Origin: Puccinia triticina
Taxonomy: Eukaryota
Assembly: GCA_026914245.1 (NCBI GenBank)
Contig: CP110439.1
Location: forward strand, 6,138,001 to 6,202,000
DNA length: 64,000 nt
Reading direction: 5' to 3'
Position numbers and translations under genes: made by a program. Positions 26,091 through 38,948 of the stretch are shown here, piece by piece (within the stretch, counting starts at the first letter, position 1; the number at the start of each line of letters is the position of its first letter). The notes below the pieces were generated by a model. That model was not told the origin of the DNA. It saw only the letters and a program-made list of their open reading frames with translations, and did no database searches.

Positions 26091-27199
26091 GCTCAACCTA
26101 AGCCTCTTGAACGGAGGGTCTGGGGGAACCTGCCCAGAGGGCTCTATGTAGGAGAGGCTTACAAATAATGTCTGCAGGCTTGCAGAAAAAGGAAGGATTT
26201 TTAATCCTAAAAACACAAAAACACAGTTTAAAAATTAACAAAATATGTGAAAGACAAACTGAACACACAGTTTCTTTGACAGTACTGATGCGCAATTGAA
26301 GAAATCAGTTTGGAAGATAAAATGAATCCTGAAGGATATTCCATTGCTCTGAAGATCCATTTTTGGATTTTCTGATAATAGGGGGTATCAAATATGACAA
26401 AATCCACCATTATGTAATTGACAGGTTTGAAAAAACCCACCATTTTTAAAACATGCTGGTCCTTCTTCTACCCCATTTTGGGATCCACTGGTGACAAATT
26501 TCACTTTTGGCCAATCGACTGGTTTCTAATTGTGGATTTCTCATATTTGATACCCCCTAATATGCAAGATTGAATTTCCTATCTGCAACAATTGAGTGGC
26601 TACAGGTGTAGGATCTGTAGATATCTGCAGTTTTGTGAATCCAAGATCCCCAAGGCATGATGGTTGTAGATTTAGCTTACATTTCTTTGTGTTTTTTATT
26701 TTTAAAAGATTAGCACAGTGAAAATGATAGGGATTGGGGAGATGAGACCAGCACCATTTGAAAGCTGAAGTCCAGAAGTATATTTTGGCTCTGGGGCAGG
26801 TCCAAAGGAGCTGAGGGGGAGGGTGGGTGAGGCTATAGGGGCCTGTACCATGGGCCTCAATCTTGAAAAATTTCAACTTTTTTTGCCCTGTACACAAAAA
26901 TGGAGAATTAGAAGAGGGTTCAAATGTTGAAATTCTTCACATTTGGGCTCCAGCCAATATTTTGGCCAGGCTCAGTTAATGTCCCAAGAAATTTTGAGGC
27001 AAATAAATTTGGAAAATTTCAATTTTCATGCCCTATGGTACAGGCCCTAAATATTTTTCCTCCAGGTGCCATTCATGATTTCTTTCTTAGCCAAATTTTT
27101 CACTTTGTGCACAAGTCCCTCCCTGCAGGAGGGGCCGCTTTGCGGCCAGCCACAGCAAGCCTCCCACAGGGTCCTGAAAGTGGGTTTGGGCTTAGTTTG
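26091..27199. mobile_element. Degraded member of the 9-bp-TSD (AcademH-like) family
   Basis: Left AAGCCTCTTGAACGG...GTAGGAGAGGCTTAC resembles 60233-60283. Right CAAGTCCCTCCC...TTAGTTTG. Flanks GACTATGTA and GTTCATGTA match 6/9. Confidence 0.5.
26838..27047. mobile_element. Small MITE, Tourist/Harbinger-like
   Basis: Inverted ends GGGCCTGTACCAT and ATGGTACAGGCCC. TSD ambiguous. Confidence 0.55.
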
Positions 27200-27215
27200 G
27201 TTCATGTAGCAACGC

Positions 27216-28592
27216 TGTGAGCCTGAGTCTCTATAGTGACAGCAGGACACAAGAAATGGGGGGCAATAGTTGGATTTCTTGGGATAAAGAAAATACAACT
27301 ATAAGAGAGAGAGAGAAAGAGAAAAGAGAAAACAGAGCAGGATCAAGATGAAGAGAAGTACTAGGTTATTCTAGTGGGAATGCACTTCCACTGGCAATGC
27401 TACTCTTCAGAAGAGTGCTGCTAATCTGTGCTAAGAAGTGCTACAGCTTCCTCTCAGGAGGGTATCTGGATTAGATAAGTTTAATCCAGCCACAATTTTT
27501 TAGCTTCCTTCTGGATAGTCAAGGTTCTTAAAGGGAAACCTGAGGGACAGCCCTGAACCTATATTTTGAGGCAAAGGCCAAATGTTAAGAAGGGACAGCC
27601 CTGTGATCAAGATAGAGGCAAAGGCCAGTAGATTTGAAGGGACAGCCCTGTGATCAAGAAGAAGACAAAACCAGCAGAAAAGAGAAGATCAAGCAAGACA
27701 CAGAGTTGTACCTCTGAGATAAACAAGGTTCAGTGAAAGAGGTTACTTACTGTCAATATCCTAGGCGCCTGTGACGGTAGGTATACTGGGAGTGTTGTAA
27801 ACTCTTTGGAGGTGATCCTGGGGTTATCTGGGTGGTGGTTCTGGTGTGCTGAAGTCTGTGGATCCGCCTCAGGCAAGGGAGATCCTGACTACGAAAATTT
27901 TCACAGTTTGCTTATGTAATTTACATATGTACATGTGGTTTGGCGCGCCTGGTAGCGCTGACACATCACAACTGCGCATGCGCGCCACAACTCAATAACT
28001 CAGGGAAGGAGTATAGTTACAAAGAGTTGGTAAGTTGTAACTAGGGTTAAAATTACGTGAGGAAACAGAATATGAAGTCAAAACAAGGTTATCTCTTAAG
28101 ATGAAAAGGATATAAAGTAATTTATATGTAACAAAGGTAGAACAGGCAGCTTTTAGGTCAGCTGTGATGACTCTAAGGCTGACAAACACGGTTTGATTGC
28201 GGGGGAGCAAGCAGGGCACCCCGAGTACCCCTCTGTCCATGGAGGCGGCTAAGCGGGTGTACCTGGGGATCAGAGCCGGGACAAGCTAGGGCCTCGGACG
28301 TCAGCCGCGGATGACACTACGCAAGGGCCCGGCAACTCATATATGAGTTCCCCAAGGAAGAAGAAGCATGCCCCAGCAGCGTTCTTCCCCCTCACCAATC
28401 CCCTCCACACCCTGAGTTGCTCTCAACTTTTCAGACACCACCCACCCACCCCAGAACAAGGCGAGGTTCAGGGGGTTGACGCCTGAACCCTACACCACGG
28501 GCGCAGAATTTTCAAAGTTTGTTGTCAAACCGCCCAAGGCAATAATTTGATACGCCGCCCTGTATAAACCCTTATGTAGGAAATCTGTAACA
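27216..28592. mobile_element. Nested LTR-like remnants
   Basis: TGTGAG..TCACA (27216-27970) and a ..TGTAACA end at 28592 that abuts the Helitron. Short internal repeats GAAGGGACAGCCCTGTGATCAAGA. No clean TSD. Confidence 0.3.
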
Positions 28593-28599
28593 GTAAGAT

Positions 28600-31470
28600 T
28601 TCTATAGCACTTATTTAAATACAAATTTTTTCACAGAACCTCTTCTTGATCTTTATCTGCCAACTGAACAACCAATAAATTAGACACTTCACGCACACGC
28701 GAAAGGCCTACATATGATTGTCCGTGTGCAAAAACTTGATTTTTAAGAACTAAAGCTACACGCTTCATGCTCTGTTAAGACTGTCCTTGACATTTATTAA
28801 TTGTCATTGCAAAGGCCAAACCCACAGGAAATTGATATCAATAAAACAATACTTTCATGTACAAATCACCCTTGTGCAAGAGCGTTATCTTAGGAATGGT
28901 TACCTCTTTATACTTGTGCGGCCCTGTCACAATACGGCCGCAGATAGTATTATTGGTTACCCTTAGGACTACCAACCTGGTGCCATTGCACAAGCCGTTG
29001 GAAATACTCAAATTCCTAAGTAATACAACTGGAATGCCCACTTTCAGTTTGAAGAACAATCTGTTGAGGGGCCTTGGGTATTCCTTTGCCTTCTATTATG
29101 ATTCCTACCGCTTGGAATGTTGGAGCATTGTATTTTCTAGGGTCATTTGAAGCATTTTCCACAGTCTTAAAAATCATTGAAATGTATTTTCATCTTCTTA
29201 TGATATTACCAGCCATGCAATACAATTTTGCATATGGATTGTGTTGGTACAGGAAGTTCTGCAGCTTGACAATAATCTTGATGTCAATGCCATCACTGTT
29301 AAGGTTGTGTGGTGTTAGGTTTTCTTTTCCTTTGTTTCTCTGCTTCAAACCTGTCATGTACATTTCACTGCTTGTGACATTTCCTCTTTGTAGTCACCTG
29401 GGGCAGCAGACGTGGAAGGCTCTTTCCTCATCCTTCCACGACCATCATCATCTCTCTGCTGTTCCAGGTGAGTCTCTTTTTGTTTCTCTTTTCTCTTTTC
29501 TTTTTCATTGTTTTCTGTTTCCTTTTCTGATGCAATGATTATCCTTCCACGACCATCATCATCTCTCTGCTGTTCCAGTTTATCATCGCAACAATCACAT
29601 GTAGAACTGCTTGCAAATGATCCAAGAGCGCATGTCTTCTGATGATTTGCCTCTTGAAGACCTCCATTGCACACAACAAAAATCTGAGAAAAATGAGCAT
29701 CACTTGCTACTAACAGTTGAATTGGACCAATGTTGTGAGACAGTCCTCCTTGAATAGTGAACACAGGTGCTCTTGGGACTTTTCCCGCTTGATTGCTAAG
29801 AGTGAAGCCAAGAGAAGTAAAGGATATTGAGTTGTTGTATGTCCTTATATATCTCTGGAAGGTTTTAGCATCTGAAGATGAAGTGGATCACTGCTTCAGT
29901 TCAAGTTTCCAAAATCCAATGCTAGTGTGCGTACCTTTTGAGTCACCGGTCAACAGATTCTTCAACAACTCCGGTTATTTGGGACCAGGGGCAAAGGTGT
30001 CTGGTAATTTGAACTTTCCTTTCTGACAGAATGTTGAAAAGGCTTGATTGTTGCCATTGACATCAACTATTGCCCGCTTTTCAGGCCAATGTAGTGTCTG
30101 ACAAGAAATACACGCCATATCACAATCTCCCAGTAGGTGCACCAGGAAAAAAAAATAGTCACTTGATGAAAAGTGACATCATGCCTGCTCCAGCGGGCTA
30201 CCCACCATCTACCCACCATCTACCCATCATCTACCCATCATCTACCCACAATCTACCCACCATCTAACCAGTTTAAGAATTTCCACAGGAGATCCTCAGT
30301 TTTTGCTGGGCACCACTAATCCCCATTTCTGGTCAGCTGATACTCAGCTTTAGCTCCCAGCTTATGCTCAGCTTTGGTGCCCAGCTCATGCTCAGCTTTG
30401 TTGCCCAGATCAGAACCAGTCCTGGCCCAGCTTATTTTCAGCTTTATTCCAGTTGTGGCTCAGCTTAGACTCAGATTAGGACTATCATTGACCCAGCCAA
30501 TGCTCAGCTTTGGACCAGTATTGGCTCAGCTGATTTTCAGCTTTGGATAAATCTCGGCCCAGCCAATGCTCAGATTCTGAGTCTGACCACTCCTGTAACA
30601 GCTTATGCTCATCTGTGGACCAGCCTTGGCTCAGCTGATGCTCAGCTGTGGACCAACCTTGGCTAAGACAATGCTCAGCTGTGGACCAGCCTTGGCTCAG
30701 CTGATGCTCAGCTGTGGACCAGCCTTGGCTCAGCTGATCCTCAGCTGTGGACCAGACTTGGCTCAGCTGATGCTCAGCTGTGGACCAGCCTTGGCTCAGC
30801 TGATGCTCAGCTGTGGAACAGCCTTGGCTCAAGTGATATTAATCTTTTGAATAGTCTCAAAAAATCTGATACTCAGCTTTGGAACAGCCTTGGCTCAGCC
30901 AATGCTCAGCTTTGTACCAGCATTGGCTCAGCCAATTCTCACCTTTTGAAAAATTTTGGCCCAGCTGGTGTTAATCTTTGGCACAGTATTGTCCCAGCTG
31001 ATCCTAAGCTCTGCACAATCCTTTTCCAAGATGATGCTCAGCTTTGGACCATTGTTGGCTAAGCTGATGCTCAGATTTGGAATATTCTTGGTTCAGCTGA
31101 CACTTGGATTTGTTTCAGGCTTTGAATATCCAATTCTCAGCTGTGGCCCAGGCTCAGCCAATGCTCAGCTTTGGCCCAGGCTCAGTCAATGGCTACTGCT
31201 CAGCTTATGACGAGCATCAGCTGTTCCTGGGAAAAAATTAGGATCAGCTCACTGTGCCACATTGAGTGCTCTGGTGCAGTCCTGCAAGCTCTACAAGTGC
31301 CGGTGGAGCAGACTTGGAGCAGTGATGGAGTAGCTCTGAAGCAGAAACCAAAGCTGCATCATGTCACTTGCCATCAAGTGACTATTTTTTTTTCCTGGTG
31401 GTGAGCTCTATCAGGCATACATCAAGCAAAAATCAATTGCTCGTTGTTTTCCTCCTCGCGCGAACAGGCA
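28600..31470 (-). mobile_element. Internally deleted, decayed Helitron (N-terminal region plus Pif1 helicase C-terminus)
   Basis: Pif1 motifs LKVGIPVVLLRNLSISNGLCNGTRL, QFPVGLAFAMTINKCQGQS and VFAHGQSYVGLSRV at ~28690-29060. N-terminal motifs CISCQTLHW, CQKGKFKLP, YNNSISFTSLG and FTIQG at ~29750-30135. The frame PDRA-HLLGDC is split by the CACCA insertion. Termini not identified. Confidence 0.85.
30140..31400. mobile_element. Non-autonomous CACTA-type element (CACCA termini) with 33-bp repeats, copy 1
   Basis: TIR CACCAGGAAAAAAAAATAGTCACTTGATG..AAGTGACAT. TSD GTG (30137-30139, 31401-31403). Tandem unit GCTCAGCTGATGCTCAGCTGTGGACCAGCCTTG. Confidence 0.92.
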
Positions 31471-32440
31471 GGACCAATGTAAGACATTTAAAGTGAGGAT
31501 TTGAGATTGAGGTTGTGGGATAAAGACTAAAATTTAGTTGTTGCTAGGAAGCGGAACAATATTCGGGTATGTTGTGGATGCCTCACATGGCGAGGGGAGT
31601 TTCTTGTGAGTTGATGCCGCGTCCAATGCCCTATCCCCAGGCTGCATTAGGTAAAATCACTTTTAGTCACTGTGTCTCTGAAAGTCAAAGTCGACGGGGC
31701 AAGGGCTTGGCTATATTCCACGTACATAGCCGTGGCTCAATGCAAAAGGAAATTATTCAAAAGACATTTAGGTGAAAATGAGGAGACAAAAGACATTTAG
31801 TCACAGTGAGGGGGGTAACCAAAAGTGCAAGTGTATTATCATTTTCCAGATCCGGTGAAACAGAGCCTTGGGCATTGTGGCGCTGGCAGTGGTGTTTGAT
31901 GAAGAAAGCAATTCTTCAGGTCAGAAATGCAGTTCGAGGTTGTTAAAAAGTAAAATACACGTTCCGTGAATGTCAAGGTAGCTTAAAAAGTAGAATGGAG
32001 GGGTCGCAATTGGAGAGGCAGTGCATTTCATGAGGTGGATCTCGCGCCGGAAGAGTTGGAATTAGAGTACAAAAAATATCACTTGCAAAAGTAACAAAGG
32101 AAAACAAAGGTAATGAATAGGTCAACGTGGCGGACAGAGCCGGCCAAAAGCTACGATGCTGAGCGAAAATGGAGAACAGACGCCAGCCGGAAGGCTATAA
32201 ATAGTCAAGCCACTTTGCAGCTGAGATAATTTTTGAATGATGGCAGATCTAGTGTTGACCAGTGGTCTTCACGCGGTGGTCTTGCTTTTGTGCTGCGACA
32301 AATTTTGTCGTTTAAGGTTGAGAGAAGAATCCACTGGATAATGCGCAGGAAGGACTTCACAAAAAGAAGCCATTGTGTTATGCACAAGGCCTGAAAAGAC
32401 CCCTTTAGCAATCATGTAATGTGGAGCAATGGGTAACTAG

Positions 32441-32825
32441 GGCTTTGTTTGGAGCCGATATAAATATAGGTGATATAATCATTGGGTAATTCAATGAAAA
32501 CTACAAAATTCAACATAAAGCCTCCAAATATTTTTTCTAGGCAACCTACAATATTGGTCTCTTCAATTATGAAGTCAGATTCAACTGATTCAGCCATATT
32601 CAGTACTGTAGTACCATTATATTGCTTTTGACCAAAACAAAGTAATATAATGGTATTATGGTGCTGAAGATGGATGAATCAGTTAAATCTGACTTCATAG
32701 TTGATGAGACCAGTACTGTAGGTTTCCTGCAAACAAAATTGGATTCTTTATGTTGAGTTTTGTATTTTTTATTGAATTTACAAATGATTATATCACCTAT
32801 ATTTATATTGGCTCCAAACAGGGCC
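32441..32825. mobile_element. Tourist/PIF-Harbinger-like foldback MITE
   Basis: Imperfect ~180-bp inverted arms starting GGCTTTGTTTGGAGCC and ending GGCTCCAAACAGGGCC. 3-bp TSD TAG (32438-32440, 32826-32828). Confidence 0.8.
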
Positions 32826-33915
32826 TAGGGTAGTTATGTTACCCAAATTGTGTGGATGACACAAACTAACATAACTACCCATGATTGCGTAAAGAAGTGA
32901 ACATGAGTTCATGAGATGATGAAATGGCAAGTTTTTTGGGGCCACCAGGCAAACCTTTCAGACTGCTTTCTCTCCAAATCCTCCTCTCATCACGCATCCA
33001 CACTGCAGATTGAGAGGAACAAGGGGGATGCGATCACATGCAGTTATTCCAGCCCTGCGCTACGTTCGAAGTGGTCGGACTGCCTGATGATGAGGAATGG
33101 ACCCTTGTTATTGAAGAGGCGTACATGCAAGGTCCATCTGGAGCAACAGCATCGCTGAATCACGCCTGCCCACGCTCCGCATTCCCCTCAATCTATCCAC
33201 GGATACCTAGCGCAACCGCCACAGCTGTAAACATGGCCAGATGAAGCCTGCTGCAGAGGACGAGGCAGCCCTGCAAGCTCTGCACCTCTTGTTGCACTGT
33301 CCATGTGTGTTGTGCCAGAGGCGGTCCTCTTTCTTGTCTCTGTGTTGCTGTACAAGCGGCAACTCCCTGGCACTGTCCCAGGGCCCAATAAAGGAAACAT
33401 CCTCAAAGACCCTGCATTCTGAAGAAGGGTCTCATTTCCAAACAGGTCGTCCCTTGGATGCTTTCTTGTGTGTTGTGGAAAAGTGCACCTCTGGGGGTCT
33501 CCTGAGTTTGGTGTGCATACTTTTTCTCTTGGAGATACAGAGACTGGCCCTCCGGTTGATCGAAAGAGCACATGTGTTGGGGGTCACAAGGTACAAGTTT
33601 GGACGGTTGGCAAGGGTCTCTGTTGGTTGGATCAGGAAGGTGAGAGGAATATGAGATGCCATTGCATTTTTTCGCTGCCCAGTGCTGGGAACACAGCTGT
33701 AAACCATAAGAAACATGATGATGAATTGTTTTAGCATCAGGGCGGACTTCTACTTCCGAGGGTCCCAGCGAAACGGCGTCTTCCCTTGGAGCTCGCGGGG
33801 ACATGGCGGAGTTGGCATATTATTCAAGCTAGGGCAGGATGACAAAACAGCACAGAGTACACTCGATGAAAGAAGAAAGAAGAAAAAAACAGAGTTGGAC
33901 ACAGAAAGAAGATGG

Positions 33916-35883
33916 TCAATAACCCAACTCGAGCCTGCGATTGGCGGCGGTGTCTTCTCTGGCTTTGTACTTCCACGCGGGGACATACTTCCAGCAGGCC
34001 TGGTCGTCATGGCACGCTGCGCCCTCGCCGATGCAGTCCAAGAGGAGGTTCTCGTATTCGAACTCCTTCGGCTACGGAAAGAAAAGCAAAAGGTGCAGAA
34101 GGGGGGGGGGGGGGAGGAGGGAGATGAATACGAGGAGATGAGGGGTGTGGGATGGCGCGCTTACGGGCGGCATCGCATGGACTTCCTTCGACTCCGTGTG
34201 CTCGTCGTCCATCGGATGGAGCGCAAACGGCCTGCGCCCGGACCATCGCGCGGCGACCGCTCGGGCCTGATGCTCGGCCTGCACAGCAGCGCCGCCATGT
34301 GTGTGGCGCCAGCCGAAACAAAAAGCGCAGCGGTGAGAGGCCCGATGGTCAGGGTTGGAGGAGGGGTGCTTACGACAGGGAAGGGGACGGCTTGGTGGAC
34401 GAGGACGAGGAAGGCGAGCGAGGGGTCGGGGTAGAAGAACAGCTGGGTGCGGTCGAGATGGTGGACGCGGAGGCCGGGCTTCGAAAGCGTTGGGGGTCCG
34501 GAGGGAGCGGGGTCGGGGGGAAGAAGGGTGGGGGGCAGTGGCGGGGGAAGGGTGAGTGGATGGGCGGCCCAGGGCGGGTCGTGGGGGCGACAGAAGGGGA
34601 AGTCGTAGAGATAGCCGGTGGCGAAGCAGAGCAGGTCCACGTCCTCGAGCGGCCGGCCGTCGACCAGCCAGAGCTTCCCGCCTTCGATCCGCGCGACCCG
34701 CGGCACGCGGGTGATCTGCCTCGTCCATGACGGCGCCGCCGGGTCGCCGAAGTCCCAGCCCATCTTCGCCGGGTGCGAGGCCACCGAGTACAGCTTCTTC
34801 CCACCCGTCTCGCCCCGGCCTTGCTCCTGCTCTCGGCGCATGGCTAGCTCCCGCAGAATGTCGTAGCCTGATGGCCCGATGCCGATCACTGCTACCGTCT
34901 GCCCCCAGAAAGTCAGCCCCCCCCCTGTTCTTCCTGGATTGAATGGGTGTGCTGAGTGGCAAAAACGCTTACTTTGTGTTGGAAAACAGCGTCCGAGGGG
35001 CTAGTGTACGCACAGGCATGGATGATTTCTTTGGGCCAAGTCGACAGCGACGGTATGAAGGGCACATAAGGCACGTTGTAATGTCTGAAGACGCCTTTGA
35101 GAAAGAGAGGGGGGTAGATATTGTCAGTCAGTGGCCCTAGCATGCCTGTTGAAGCAAACGGGGAAGCTGACCCAGATGCGACGAGAACGAAGTCGCAGTA
35201 GACGATGGTGGTTTCTCGAGGACGATTTGGGGCGGGGGTGGGCTTGGATCGAGGATGGACCTCGACGATCCAGCGGCGGTTGCAGTTCGGGGGTGGGTGG
35301 TGATGAGCGACCCTTTGGACGAGGGAATTGAAGCGGATGAGGGGCTCTAGCCCGCGGGCAGCTTCGAGCAGGTAGGTGGAGACCTCGTGGCCGGGCGGGA
35401 AACTGCTCGCCGGGTGCTCGGTGACGAAGGGCTGGCCGTGGAAGGCCATGAGCTGCTTGGGCACATTGGTGTGCAGGCCGGCGTAGACCGGCGAGGCGTC
35501 TATTGGCGGCGGCTCAACGGACGGCACGCCCGCCCAGTCGAAGCCGACCCGGCCGTCGCCCTTCGTGCTCTCCGGGTTCCTGCCGACGCGCAAGCACACC
35601 CTGTGAGCCCGTGAGCGGCACCATGCGGGTGGGTGGGGCGGACTGACCAGACTCCAGCGGGGCCGCTCCTGGCTTCAAAGCACACCACCTTGAGCTCCGT
35701 CGTCGTGGTGAGCTGCTTGAGGGCAGCAAGACCCTGGATGAAGAGGCAGGTCTCTGAGCTCGCCTGAGTCGTATGCTTCAGAAGATCGCACTTCGTACTT
35801 ACGCTGGCGCCTGCTCCAATGACCACTACGTCCGTCTCCTCTTCCATCCTCGTTCGTTTCCGAGTCCGTTGGTTTCCCATCAT
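33916..35883 (-). CDS. Flavin-containing monooxygenase (class B FMO), 7 exons, apparently intact
   Basis: FAD motif VVVIGAGAS-GLAA, EAR..PAGVW, YAGLHTNVP, ASG-HYNVP, FMO fingerprint WPKEIIHACAY, NADPH motif VAVIGIGPSG, and FATGY. Six GT-AG introns all splice in phase to a stop at 33916-33918. Start is ATG 35883 or 35847. Confidence 0.92.
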
Positions 35884-36334
35884 GATGTCTCCCTGGGACA
35901 GCCTCGGAGCAATCCGCGCGGATGGTTCGATCTGCGGATATCCGGCGGGAGCCCTCCGCGGACAGGCCTCGGCTTGATTCTCCGGATCTGCGGCTCATCC
36001 CATCTTCCTGTGGTCTTGTGGCTCCAGCTGCTGGCAGGCTGGTGGGTGTTTGCAGAGTACATATGGAGTATGGACAACCAAGTGGCTGCTTGGACTGCCA
36101 GAGTGCTGCTGCAGAAACATGTGGATCATGTATAAGGTTGCGATCCGGCACTCCGGGCTCGGGTATGGCTCTCCCGAGATCCGAGCCCGGTGTATCCGGC
36201 TCCGACGCCGGGTATCCGTCGGGTCTTCATCTTTTTTTTGGAAATCTGCACTCCTGAGCCTCGAAGTGATCTTTTGCAGTGCACGTGGGATCCCTAATTG
36301 CCAGCCAGCTACCTGCTTGCATCTGGCCGCGAAG

Positions 36335-38948
36335 ATGCCTACGAAACGCTCCGTTGAAGAAGTAGAATCCAGCTCCGACTCTGATATTGAACAATTAACG
36401 CCTTCCGCCAAGAGCCAAGAAAGCAGCAAGAAAAGCTGGGTCTGGCAATATTTCAAGACGACAACCATCCAGGGTGTTTCTCACAATGTTTGCCAGGCAA
36501 ACAAGACTCCTGGAGGCGATAATAAGTGCCTGGCGAAACTTGCGGTTGACAAAAAAGGATCCACTAAAAGTATGTCCAATCACTTGGAGCGCTGTCATGG
36601 AATAACCAAAGGAGGAAAGTCAAATACGGGTGCAATCACTAAGTTCTTACAGAAGGGAATATTACCAAAAAAACTCAACAGCAACACCTTGACCTCTGCG
36701 ATTGCTTGTTTTTTTATCAATTGTAATATCCCTTTCCACAACATATTTTTGAGAACTACTTTGACTGATCAACCCAGACACAATGCGACTTATCTGTGGA
36801 AAAGATACTCTTGCGGAATTCATACGCAAATCTTTCCAGCAAGAACAACAAGTTATCCGACATCAGTTCCACGGACTAGAGTCTAGAATCAGTTTGACAT
36901 GCAACACTTGGACGTCTCCTAGCAATATATCTATACTCGGCGTTACTGCACACTGGATTGCAAAAGACTTTTCTCTCAAGTCAATGATCTTGGCGGCAAT
37001 ACCAATTGAAGGAAGCCATGCTGGAGATAATCTGGGAAGTCACCTAGCCAACATACTTGCAACTTTTGGCATTTCCAATAAGATCTTCTGTATCACGGCC
37101 AATAACGCATCTAACAATGGGACTATGGGGACCCATTTGGACGGTGCAATACCTTTCAACTCAAAGGAATGTTTGCTTGGTTGCATGGCCCATGTCATTA
37201 ATCTTGCTGCTCAAGCTGGAATAAAAGCATTCACCAAGCCGTCACCAGCGTTGGAAACACCTGCGAGTCTCTCGGGTATTCTAAACAACCAGCCATCTAA
37301 AGTTGAAGTGTCCTCTATTGTCTCGCACCTCAGTGGCTTCGCAACATTCCTGAAGCGCTCGCCACAAAAATCAGCAGCCTTTGACGGAATAGTCAAAGGT
37401 ATCATTGGAAAACAAAGTGCGACCTTCTGAAGCATACAACTCAGGCGAGCTCAGAGACCTGCCTCTTCATCCAGGGTCTTGCTGCCCTCAAGCAGCTCAC
37501 CACGACGACGGAGCTCAAGGTGGTGTGCTTTGAAGCCAGGAGCGGCCCCGCTGGAGTCTGGTCAGTCCGCCCCACCCACCCGCATGGTGCCGCTCAAGGG
37601 CTCACGGGGTCTGCTTGCGCGTTGGCAGGAACCTGGAGAGCACGAAGGGCGACGGCCGGGTCGGCTTCGACCGGGCGGGCGTGCCGTCTGTCGAGCCGCC
37701 GCCGATAGACGCCTCGCCGGTCTACGCCGGCCTGCACACCAATGTGCCCAAGCAGCTCATGGCCTTCCACGGCCAGCCCTTCGTCACCAAGCACCCAGCA
37801 AGAAGCTTCCCGCCTGGCCACAAGGTCTCCACCTACCTGCTCGAAGCTGCCCGCGGGCTAGAGCCCCTCATCCGCTTCAATTCCCTCGTCTAAAGGGTTG
37901 CTCATCACCACCCACCCCCAAACTGCAAGCGCCGCTGGATCGTCGAGGTCCATCCTTGCTCCTCATCAACCCCCGCCCCAACAAGATGGAATTCAACGTT
38001 TGCTATGCTTCAAAGGGCATTAAAACTTCGTACTTGCATAGCAATTTTCTGTGAAACGAACGATTTGAATGAGAAATACGGGCTCTCTCCGGATGAATGG
38101 GTGAAAGTTGAACAGATCTGTAAATTCTTGGAACCTCTTAACGAAGCGACTGAAACAGTTTCACCCGATAAAACTACCACTCTAGTCTTTGGTGCACCGG
38201 TATACATCTGCTTGATACAAAGGCTCAATGATGTGCGTCTTTTCAACCACTTGCTCCCCCTACATCATTGTTTTTCTATACTAAATCTTTTTTTGGTATC
38301 ATGGTGAAACAGGATTTTACAAAGTATGGAGAGCGCAAACTCATCCCCGCTGCCAAAGCAATGCTCAACAAGCTGATAGGTTACTTCGACGCTTCTATAA
38401 AAAAACCAGTGTACCTTTCTTCAATGTTGCTTGATCCTCGCATCAAAACCAACGCACTCACCTCTGAAGCCCTTGCGCTGATGAAGCTGAGCAAGGAATC
38501 AATTCTTTGGCAGTTCAAGGAACAAGCCGAGCAATTCGTTCTTAATCATTACAATAAGAATAATGACAACGTTCAAGAGAAGGAAGCTGTTACTAGAAAC
38601 ACCTTGACAGCAAGTATCTTCAAAAAAAAGAAACGGCAGATCAGCTCACTCAATGAAGAGATTGACTTCTATCTCAACTTGGAATGCGAGGACAAATCAT
38701 GTGATCCCCTCAAATATTGGAAAGCCAATCACAAACAGTTTCCAAGCCTTGCAAACATGCCAAAGACCTACCTCTTGGTACCCGCTTTGAGTGCTCCCAC
38801 CGAGCGAGCCTTCTCTTCAGGTCGCCACATTCAAGACTATACAAGGAATCGACTCAATGCCACCACCCTCGAGGCATTAATCTGCTTGAAAAGCTGGCTC
38901 CTTCATGATGTTATTGATATCTATGACATCAAACTTTCCTCAGAATAA
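36335..38948 (+). pseudogene. hAT transposase with BED zinc finger, disrupted
   Basis: SWVWQYF..C..C..H..H BED finger. SLTCNTW and ITANNASNN show the catalytic Asp residues changed to Asn. Also CMAH, PTRWNST and the C-terminal dimerisation motif SAPTERAFS. Frameshift ~36780 and an FMO-derived insert. Confidence 0.92.
37416..37955 (+). pseudogene. Inverted genomic copy of FMO segment 35253-35792
   Basis: 540 bp colinear with the reverse complement of 35253-35792, including intron sequence. Translation matches (PPIDASPVYAGLHTNVPKQLMAFHGQPF). Stop at 37891. Confidence 0.95.

Noticed and set aside
30485..31210. 11-aa repeat protein (MLSCGPALAQL)
   Set aside because: Product of a 33-bp unit inside a non-autonomous element. 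Open on both strands, with no gene structure.
33007..35614. Overlapping plus-strand and alternative-frame ORFs around the FMO
   Set aside because: Mostly shadow ORFs of GC-rich coding sequence. The ORFs at 33038-33654 show no motif I can identify.
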